DNA of 64,000 bases from Bacilli bacterium. Lineage in GTDB: Bacteria > Bacillota_I > Bacilli_A > RF39 > UBA660. The stretch is taken from the NCBI GenBank assembly GCA_041655735.1, contig JBBAEV010000001.1:2890-66889 (forward strand), read 5' to 3'. The position numbers were made by a program, and so were the translations under genes. Under the pieces are notes generated by a model. It made no database searches and was not told the origin of the DNA. It saw nothing but the letters and a program-made list of their open reading frames with translations. Positions 56,927 through 64,000 of this stretch are shown here, in pieces. Within the stretch, counting starts at the first letter, position 1; each line of letters begins with the position of its first letter.

Positions 56927-57185
56927 TAAATAATATGTAAATATAATAATATTTATTTATATTATTTCTTAATAAATAATATTAATTTAATATATCTTAA
57001 ATCATCAAACATTTCCTCAAATACATTATTAATAAAAAGACTTTTCATAATATATTCTCCTTTCAAAAGCATTCTATCATATCTTATAATTACTTTCATT
57101 TAATTCGACAATACGTATATAAAAAAGACATGATAAATTATGGAAATAAAAAGGTTTTTATAGTATAATTATTAAAGGTGGTTAT

Positions 57186-57749
57186 ATGATATATCAAAAC
57201 AAAATAAAAAAACAAATTGATAAAAAGGATAATTATGCTAATAGAGGTATGAGTCTAGAAGATGATATTAATATAACTAATGAATATTATTTAATAAATG
57301 ATATTGCAGTTATTTATAAAAAACCGACACCAATAAAAATAACTAAAGTAGATTATCCATCGCGAAATAAGGCAAAAATAAAAGAGGCTTTTTTTAAATT
57401 ACCATCAACTACTGATTATAATGGGGTGTACAAAGGAAAATATATTGATTTTGAAGCTAAACAAACAAATTCTAAAACTTCTTTTCCTTTAGATAATATT
57501 CACAAACATCAAATTGAACACATAAAAAAAGTAATTAGTCATGGTGGTATTGCTTTTTTAATAATTAGATTTTGTTTATTAAATAAAACATTTATTTATA
57601 TGGGAAAAGATTTACTGAATTATTTAGAAAAAGAAAAAAGAAAATCAATTCCATTAAATGAATTTAAAGAAAAAGGTTATGAAATAAAAATAAAGTATAA
57701 TCCAAGAATAGATTATTTAAATATTCTTGAAAAATATATGGAGGTATAA
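57186..57749 (+). CDS. recU: Holliday junction resolvase RecU
   Basis: RecU motifs (GVYKGKYIDFEAK, FLIIRF). 3 nt before ponA, as in Bacillus. Confidence 0.9.
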   Translation: MIYQNKIKKQIDKKDNYANRGMSLEDDINITNEYYLINDIAVIYKKPTPIKITKVDYPSRNKAKIKEAFFKLPSTTDYNGVYKGKYIDFEAKQTNSKTSFPLDNIHKHQIEHIKKVISHGGIAFLIIRFCLLNKTFIYMGKDLLNYLEKEKRKSIPLNEFKEKGYEIKIKYNPRIDYLNILEKYMEV

Positions 57750-57751
57750 AA

Positions 57752-60649
57752 ATGGCACGTAAAAGAAAAAGTAAATTAAATCTTAAAAATAAGAAAATTA
57801 AACTTACAATTGCTATTATAGGAGCTTCAATTTTAACTTTATTAGTAATTACTTTAGGATGGTTCTGGAGTATTTTATTACTAGGAATAATTGTTTTAAT
57901 ACCATTAATATTAAAATCTAGTAATAAAATTAAAAATGTATTTAAAAAACCCAAACATACAAAAAGAAAAAGTAAAAATCATAGAAATAAGAAAAAGAAA
58001 AAAAGAACACTAAAAATAGTTTTATTAATAATGTTATTTTTAGGTCTTATTGGATTATTAAGTGTTATTGGAGTAATGATATATGTTGCATCTACTTCTC
58101 CAGAATTTGATCCAAACAATTTATATACAAAAGAAACTACCATTATATATGATAGCGAAAACAATGTTATCGCAGAATTAGGATTAGAAAAAAGAGAAAA
58201 TATTAGTTTTAATAAACTTCCTCAAGTATTAATAGACGCGATTATCGCAACTGAAGATTCAAGATTCTATCAACACAATGGTTTTGATTTACCTCGTTTT
58301 TCTAAAGCAACCATGGGTCAATTAACTGGTAATAGTGAAGCTGGTGGTGGTTCCACCTTAACAATGCAGGTTGTTAAAAACGCATTTACTTCATTTGATC
58401 AAACAATAGTCCGTAAACTAACTGATATATATATGGCTATATTTAAATTGGAAAAAAATTATACTAAAGAAGAGATAATTGAATTCTATGTTAACACTCC
58501 ATATCTTGGTGGTGGATCTTATGGTGTTCAACAAGCATCACGTACATATTTTGATAAGTCAGTATCAGAATTAAACTTAGCGGAAGCAGCTTTAATTGCG
58601 GGCCTCTTTCAATCTCCAGGAGCTTACGATCCATTTTTGTATCCAGATAAAGCAGAAAACAGAAGAGGAACTGTTTTATACCTAATGAAAAGACATGGCT
58701 ATATTACTCAAGAACAATATGACATAGCTAAAGCTATCACCATTACTGATATGATTAAAGGGCAAAAAAATAAATCTTTAGAATATCAAGGATATATTGA
58801 TGTAGTTATCGACGAAGTCATTAAAAAATCAAATGAAGAATATAATCCATATGACACATCAATGGAAATATATACTAATATGGTTAAATCTAAACAAGAT
58901 CATGCTAATAAAATTATAAATGGTGAAGCATATAAATTCCGTAATGATACTATTCAAACTGGTTTTGCGGTTACGGAAACTAAAACAGGAAAGGTCGTAG
59001 CTATTGGCGCCGGACGTAATAGGGATGGCGAAAGAAAATGGAACTATGCAACTATGATCAAAAGGCAACCAGGCTCAACAGCTAAACCATTATTTGATTA
59101 TGGACCAGCTTTTGAATTCAGTAACTGGTCCCCAGCTACTCCCGTTTTAGATGAACCAACTACTTATAGTGATGGTAAACCAATAAATAACGCTGATGGT
59201 AAATATTTTGGATTAATAACAGCTCGTCAAGCTTTAAAAGGTTCAAGAAATATTCCAGCATTAAATACTTTTAAACAAATGGATAATAAGAGTATTGTGG
59301 CTTTTGTTACTAGTTTAGGGATTAAACCAGAAATATCAAATGACAAAGTTCATGAAGCTCATGCTATTGGAGGTTTCAATGGTGTGTCTCCACTAGAAAT
59401 GGCTGGTGCTTACTCTGCTTTTTCAAATGGTGGATATTATATTCAACCATATACTGTTTCAAAAATAGTCTTAAAAGAAACTGGTGAAACAATTGAATAT
59501 AAACCTCAAAAAGAAAGAGTAATGAAAGACACTACTGCTTTTCTAATAACCGATATATTAAAAGGAAAAAGCATAAACGGAGTCCCTGTTTCTCATAAAA
59601 CTGGAACTAGTAATCTTGATAGCAAGAGAGAAAAAGAACTTGGCCTTCCAGCTAATACTGTACCCGATGCTTGGGTAGTTGGATATAGTCCTGATTATGC
59701 TATCGCTATGTGGTATGGTTATGACGAAACAACTAAAGAACATTATATGACTACATCAGTTGCTTGGTCTGATAGAATGCCATTATTTAATGCTATCGCT
59801 AAAGGCATTATTAAAAAAGCAGAAGCAACTAAATTTCCTGGATGTAAAAATGTACATCGAGTAACCATAGAAAAAGAAACAATTCCTGCGATGCTTCCTA
59901 GTCAATTCACTCCTGATGATATGAAATTTTCTGATTATTTTATCAAAGGAACTGAGCCAGTAGAAGTTTCTCCTCGTTATTCTCAATTTGATGATGTCGC
60001 AAATTTAGACGGAGAATATAACAGTAGTTCAAACCAAGTAACTTTAACATGGAATGAAATTGATCTTCCAAATCACTTAACCACTGATTATTTAGATAAT
60101 TATTATGCAAATGCATATGGTAAATTCAAAGATAAATATTTAACTAGTCGTTTAAATTATGATAAAAATAAAATGGGTATTATTGGTTATAATATTTATT
60201 CAAAAAATAAAACAACAGGAGCTTTAACTTTATTAGGTTTTACTACTAATAATTCATATACTTATACTGTTTCCAGTAGTATTAATTCTATAACCTATGT
60301 GGTTAAAACAGCATATTCAAAATATAAAAATAATCAAAGTAATGGTAGTGAAATAACCTTATCAATTGAAAATAATATATATTTTAATATAAGTTTAAAT
60401 GGTAGTAAAAACATCCTTGTTCCTATAGGATCAAAGTATGAGGATAATGGATTTGAATATACTGTATTAGATGATGGGATTAATGTAACAGAATCAGCTT
60501 CTACTGCTGAATATACAATCCTTCCAAATAAAAGTACTGTATCTGGTATTGCTGTTGATACTAGCGTTACTGGCCTATATGTTATTAAATACATCGTTAG
60601 TTATGGTGGGCAATCTGAAAAAATTGAAAGAAATGTTACAGTACAATAA
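57752..60649 (+). CDS. ponA: class A penicillin-binding protein (PBP1A/1B; GT51 transglycosylase plus transpeptidase) with extended N- and C-termini
   Basis: GT51 motifs (EDSRFYQHNGFD, RQPGSTAKP). TP SxxK/SxN/KTG. About 110-aa N-terminus with three hydrophobic segments and a poly-Lys loop. About 250-aa C-terminal extension after the TP domain. Confidence 0.9.
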   Translation: MARKRKSKLNLKNKKIKLTIAIIGASILTLLVITLGWFWSILLLGIIVLIPLILKSSNKIKNVFKKPKHTKRKSKNHRNKKKKKRTLKIVLLIMLFLGLIGLLSVIGVMIYVASTSPEFDPNNLYTKETTIIYDSENNVIAELGLEKRENISFNKLPQVLIDAIIATEDSRFYQHNGFDLPRFSKATMGQLTGNSEAGGGSTLTMQVVKNAFTSFDQTIVRKLTDIYMAIFKLEKNYTKEEIIEFYVNTPYLGGGSYGVQQASRTYFDKSVSELNLAEAALIAGLFQSPGAYDPFLYPDKAENRRGTVLYLMKRHGYITQEQYDIAKAITITDMIKGQKNKSLEYQGYIDVVIDEVIKKSNEEYNPYDTSMEIYTNMVKSKQDHANKIINGEAYKFRNDTIQTGFAVTETKTGKVVAIGAGRNRDGERKWNYATMIKRQPGSTAKPLFDYGPAFEFSNWSPATPVLDEPTTYSDGKPINNADGKYFGLITARQALKGSRNIPALNTFKQMDNKSIVAFVTSLGIKPEISNDKVHEAHAIGGFNGVSPLEMAGAYSAFSNGGYYIQPYTVSKIVLKETGETIEYKPQKERVMKDTTAFLITDILKGKSINGVPVSHKTGTSNLDSKREKELGLPANTVPDAWVVGYSPDYAIAMWYGYDETTKEHYMTTSVAWSDRMPLFNAIAKGIIKKAEATKFPGCKNVHRVTIEKETIPAMLPSQFTPDDMKFSDYFIKGTEPVEVSPRYSQFDDVANLDGEYNSSSNQVTLTWNEIDLPNHLTTDYLDNYYANAYGKFKDKYLTSRLNYDKNKMGIIGYNIYSKNKTTGALTLLGFTTNNSYTYTVSSSINSITYVVKTAYSKYKNNQSNGSEITLSIENNIYFNISLNGSKNILVPIGSKYEDNGFEYTVLDDGINVTESASTAEYTILPNKSTVSGIAVDTSVTGLYVIKYIVSYGGQSEKIERNVTVQ

Positions 60650-60677
60650 AAGACAAGAATAATTAATTCTTGTCTTT
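60648..60677 (+). terminator. bidirectional terminator (AAGACAAGAAT-AATTA-ATTCTTGTCTT plus T-run) shared by ponA and convergent nth; overlaps the last nth codons
   Basis: Perfect 11-bp inverted repeat seen directly. Confidence 0.65.
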
Positions 60678-61295
60678 TTCATTACATATATCTTTTAATA
60701 AACAATTATTGCATTCTGGCTTTTTAGCCTTACAATGGTATCTTCCAAATAAAACCATTTGATGATGCACCTTAGACCAATATTTTTTATCAATAATTTT
60801 CATCAATTTTTTTTCTATTTTAAATTCGTTGTCACTTTTTAAAACTAACCCTAATCTCTTACTGACTCTTTTAACATGAGTATCAACTGCAATACTAGGT
60901 TCTTTAAATAGAACACTAGTTACCACATTAGCTGTTTTTATTCCAATACCCTTTAATTTCATTAACTCTTTTTTATCATTAGGAACTATTCCTTTATACT
61001 TTATAATCAAATCCTGTGCTATTTCTTTTATATAATAAGCTTTACGATTATAAGTTCCAATTGCCCTAATTATTTTTTTAATATCCTTTTCATCTGCCCT
61101 ATTTAAATCTTTTAAAGTAGGATACCTTATAAAAAGCTTATTAGTAACTGAATTAACCCTTCTATCAGTTGTTTGAGCACTAAGCATTACCGCTATTAAT
61201 AATTCATAATCCTTATTATAATTAAGCTCTGTAGCTGGATTTGGAAATTTAGAATCTAATACTGTTAGTAATAACGCTACTTTTTTATTCATCAT
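60663..61295 (-). CDS. nth: endonuclease III
   Basis: HhH-GPD domain. C-terminal 4Fe-4S cluster CxxxxxxCxxCxxxxxC (CKAKKPECNNCLLKDIC). Confidence 0.9.
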   Translation of the reverse strand: MMNKKVALLLTVLDSKFPNPATELNYNKDYELLIAVMLSAQTTDRRVNSVTNKLFIRYPTLKDLNRADEKDIKKIIRAIGTYNRKAYYIKEIAQDLIIKYKGIVPNDKKELMKLKGIGIKTANVVTSVLFKEPSIAVDTHVKRVSKRLGLVLKSDNEFKIEKKLMKIIDKKYWSKVHHQMVLFGRYHCKAKKPECNNCLLKDICNEKDKN

Positions 61296-61932
61296 CCTCT
61301 AACCAATTATAATCAAATAATTCAACTTCCTGTTTTTTATTATATTCTTTTTTATAATCTTGTATTTTTTTAACAGTATCCAAACCTTTTTTTTGCCATT
61401 CATATAAAATTTTATCAATATAACGTAAATTAGAAACATGATTATATGAAGCCTCTTTTAATCCCTCTAATATTATTTCTTCAGCAAAATTATCAGAAAA
61501 CCATCCTCCTATAATTTCATATTCCATTGGTGATAAAGTTCTTCCAAATTCCTTTTCAAACTTTTCATAAATACCATTGCTACTCTCTTCTTTCTTTTCT
61601 TCACCAATCATCATAATTGATAACTTTTCATAAAAAGGAGCTAAATCTAAATACTCTTCCATAATTCCTTTATTATTTTTTTCAACTTTTATATTAATTA
61701 ACTTTTTATTACTTAATCTTTCTATTAAACTTAAAATATCACTTTTATTTAGATTTATTTTCTCACTTAACAAGGCTACGTCATATATAAATTTATCTCC
61801 TTCATTAATAAGTCCTAAAAATAAGATAAATTCCTCATCTTCTAATCCTAAGGCTTTATAATTACTTAATAAAAAACTAGGAATCACAATATTTCCTTTT
61901 TTTAATGCATTTATTAAATTATTTGTTTTCAC
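61285..61932 (-). CDS. dnaD: replication initiation protein DnaD
   Basis: About 215 aa of DnaD-like (DDBH1/DDBH2) type, directly upstream of nth as in B. subtilis. Confidence 0.6.
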   Translation of the reverse strand: MKTNNLINALKKGNIVIPSFLLSNYKALGLEDEEFILFLGLINEGDKFIYDVALLSEKINLNKSDILSLIERLSNKKLINIKVEKNNKGIMEEYLDLAPFYEKLSIMMIGEEKKEESSNGIYEKFEKEFGRTLSPMEYEIIGGWFSDNFAEEIILEGLKEASYNHVSNLRYIDKILYEWQKKGLDTVKKIQDYKKEYNKKQEVELFDYNWLEDDE

Positions 61933-61940
61933 TAAACCAC

Positions 61941-62384
61941 CTACTTCTCTATAGTTATTACTTTTATATTTTTTCCATCAATCGCATCATAATAATAATA
62001 CATATAATTATCTTTATTATTAACTTTCACTTCATAGATAAATCCATCATCATACCCAAACACCATCTCATAATTATTAGTAAATTTCTTCTTTATATTT
62101 TTTTCATCATATAAATCATTTATTTTTATTTCATCAATAACTTTTTCATTTTCATCTATTATAGCATACCACTCTACATTATTCACTTCAAATTCAACTA
62201 CAAAATAAGTATTATTTCCATAATAATAACTTATATTATTTATTTTATCATAATTTAAAGAAAGATTATCATTTAATTTATTAAACACCTCTACGGTATT
62301 TTCATTACCCTTTTTTACTATATTAAATATTAATAAAAAGACAATAACTAAGATTATTAAAATAATAACTAAGATTTTCTTCAT
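61941..62384 (-). CDS. YpmB-like membrane-anchored PepSY-type protein
   Basis: N-terminal TM followed by a small beta-rich domain. Genomic position near dnaD as ypmB in Bacillus. Confidence 0.35.
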   Translation of the reverse strand: MKKILVIILIILVIVFLLIFNIVKKGNENTVEVFNKLNDNLSLNYDKINNISYYYGNNTYFVVEFEVNNVEWYAIIDENEKVIDEIKINDLYDEKNIKKKFTNNYEMVFGYDDGFIYEVKVNNKDNYMYYYYDAIDGKNIKVITIEK

Positions 62385-62448
62385 AGTATCACCTAGTATT
62401 ATTATACCTGTTAAAACGATATAAATAAAACACTTTTATTAAAGTGTT

Positions 62449-63540
62449 TTATTTATATTTATTTATTACAAATTTTTTTATTTCTTTTTCATCATTATTT
62501 AGTTCTTTTAATATTATTTTCTTTTCTATTTCTTCTATTAAATCTTTAATCCAAACTCCTTTTTCTTTATTTAATTCTTTACATATATTATCAATATCAA
62601 TTAATATGTTTTTTTTACTTTTTATTGGCAAAGACATATAATAATTAACTAATTTTTTAGTATTTTTTCCTTTTATTTTAGAAGCTAATTGAAAAATATA
62701 TAATCCATAATTATATAACGTAAAAATATCTAACTTCATATTCAAAACTTCTCTTATTTTAGATATTAAATCTCTTTCTGTTTTCTTAAAAGGCCATTTG
62801 AAAATATCAATATTTAATTGAGCCCATATTCCTAACATATCATTAGTAATAGTAATGTTTTTCACATTAGATATCCCTAATAATTTATCAATATTATACT
62901 TACATAATAAATCTAAGCCATATTTTACATTGCTGCTAATAAACATATGATTAAGTTCATATTTAATACGAGTATAAGATAATTTTTTTATTAATGAGCT
63001 ATACTTCATAATAGCTTTTTCTGTTTCTTCTTCAAGAGTAAAATCAAGTACTGTCGCAAAACGAATAGCCCTAAGAATTCTAAGACTATCTTCTGATAGT
63101 TTTTGGTTGGGATCTCCTACTACTCTTATTAATTTGTTATTAATATCGTTAATACCATTAAATTTATCAATAATAGTACCATCTTTATCCATACACAACG
63201 TATTAATAGTAAAATCACGGCGTTTTAAATCTTCATCTAAAGAATTAATGTACTTTATTTCTACAGGGTTCCTATTATTTTCATACTTTATTTCTTTTCT
63301 AAAAGTAGTTATTTCAAAATCTATTCCTTTATACCTAAGACTAACTGAGCCATATTCCTTACTATCTAATTTTACATTATTAAACATTCTTTGAATTTCC
63401 ATTGGCTTAGCATTAGTACATATATCCACATCAATAGATTCTCTATTTAAATATATATCACGAACAAAGCCTCCTACTATATAGGCCTTATAACCATTAT
63501 CTTCTATTATTTTTAATAACTCTTTAGATATTTCTAACAT
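62449..63540 (-). CDS. cca: CCA-adding tRNA nucleotidyltransferase
   Basis: Class II NTase motif GGFVRDIYLNRESIDVDI. RRDFTINTL. Confidence 0.85.
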   Translation of the reverse strand: MLEISKELLKIIEDNGYKAYIVGGFVRDIYLNRESIDVDICTNAKPMEIQRMFNNVKLDSKEYGSVSLRYKGIDFEITTFRKEIKYENNRNPVEIKYINSLDEDLKRRDFTINTLCMDKDGTIIDKFNGINDINNKLIRVVGDPNQKLSEDSLRILRAIRFATVLDFTLEEETEKAIMKYSSLIKKLSYTRIKYELNHMFISSNVKYGLDLLCKYNIDKLLGISNVKNITITNDMLGIWAQLNIDIFKWPFKKTERDLISKIREVLNMKLDIFTLYNYGLYIFQLASKIKGKNTKKLVNYYMSLPIKSKKNILIDIDNICKELNKEKGVWIKDLIEEIEKKIILKELNNDEKEIKKFVINKYK

Positions 63541-63588
63541 ATATCCTCCTACCTACCCAAAAAAAAAGCCTTAGGCTTCTTTTTTTGA

Positions 63589-63861
63589 TTAGTTAACCGC
63601 GTCTTTTAATGCGCTTCCAGCTTTGAATCCAACTGCTGTTCTAGCTGGGATCTTAACTTCTGCGCCTGTTTGTGGGTTACGTCCCATACGTGCAGCTCTC
63701 TTACTAGTTTTAAATGTTCCAAAACCCACTAGAGATACTTTGTTACCTTTCTTTAAAGATCCTGTTACTGCACCTACAAATGCATCTAATGCACGAGTTG
63801 CGTCAGCTTTTGTTAGTCCAGCTTGTGTTGCCATAGCTTCTACTAATTCTGCTTTGTTCAT
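63589..63861 (-). CDS. hup: DNA-binding protein HU
   Basis: [11 protein letters not shown]…[28 protein letters not shown] closely parallels HBsu. The ORF-track start is an upstream GTG; RBS GGAGAGGTG sits before the ATG at 63861. Terminator hairpin AAGCC-TTA-GGCTT plus T-run at about 63562-63585. Local GC is far above the window average. Confidence 0.9.
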   Translation of the reverse strand: MNKAELVEAMATQAGLTKADATRALDAFVGAVTGSLKKGNKVSLVGFGTFKTSKRAARMGRNPQTGAEVKIPARTAVGFKAGSALKDAVN

Positions 63862-64000
63862 TTTTTTCACCTCTCCAAAGATTTTCTATAAACATAACAC
63901 ATAGTATGTTTACAAATAATACGATATCACTTTTAACCAGTAAAATCAAGCAAATTGGTGAAAAATACCTAAAAAATGGCTATTTATAGCCATTTTTTAT

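Noticed and set aside
63589-63870. hup GC spike as evidence of horizontal transfer
   Set aside because: Protein is Ala/Gly/Arg/Thr-rich and HU is among the most highly expressed genes, so composition plus codon selection is sufficient. Synteny (cca-hup) is unremarkable. Reported only as a low-interest observation.
1-64000. Searched for CRISPR arrays, rRNA/tRNA genes, IS elements/transposases, integrases and prophage blocks
   Set aside because: No regularly spaced direct repeats, no recognisable transposase, integrase, capsid or terminase ORFs, and no rRNA/tRNA signatures were seen. The only mobile-element-like trace is the DUF4238-like pseudogene region.

Overview
64-kb window from a very AT-rich (roughly 25-27% GC) Firmicutes/Bacilli-type chromosome that uses the standard genetic code (long intact ORFs, Trp as UGG, UGA as stop). 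About 60 protein genes are called, almost all on the minus strand; only sspI-like, rpmB, a 191-aa unknown and recU-ponA are on the plus strand. The content is mostly core replication, translation and envelope functions, and the local gene order closely mirrors Bacillus subtilis: dnaB-dnaI ... T-box-thrS-infC-rpmI-rplT; polA-CDF-mutM; Y-family pol-polC-pyk-dnaE; rpmB; rpe-rsgA-prkC-prpC-rlmN-fmt-priA; rseP-cdsA; rpsP-khpA; miaB-RNHCP-cotE; serS; rodZ-pgsA-recA-rny-spoVS; gpsB-rnpB; recU-ponA; dnaD-nth; ypmB-like; cca; hup. Sporulation-associated genes (cotE, spoVS, an sspI-like SASP) point to an endospore-former or a lineage derived from one. RNA and regulatory calls: RNase P RNA (type B) beside gpsB, a canonical T-box leader feeding a 148-aa ORF plus thrS, a candidate LexA (Cheo) box before recA, a probable AUA start for infC, and several intrinsic terminators. 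No CRISPR array, rRNA, tRNA or intact mobile element is visible. Non-core items worth a second look: (1) ribosomal protein L20 with a C-terminal Rho_N-like extension; (2) a 613-aa RNase II/R (RNB)-like protein whose catalytic acidic residues are mostly replaced; (3) a 707-aa prepilin-type protein with two GLUG-motif modules sitting where ymdB sits in Bacillus, plus a lone ComGC-like pilin; (4) a small accessory island at the left edge with a frameshifted DUF4238-like pseudogene and a two-gene operon of unknown function; (5) a 500-bp decayed coding remnant between miaB and serS; (6) a lone holin-like membrane protein. No single large novel multi-gene system is evident; the window is mostly ordinary core genome with these scattered oddities.
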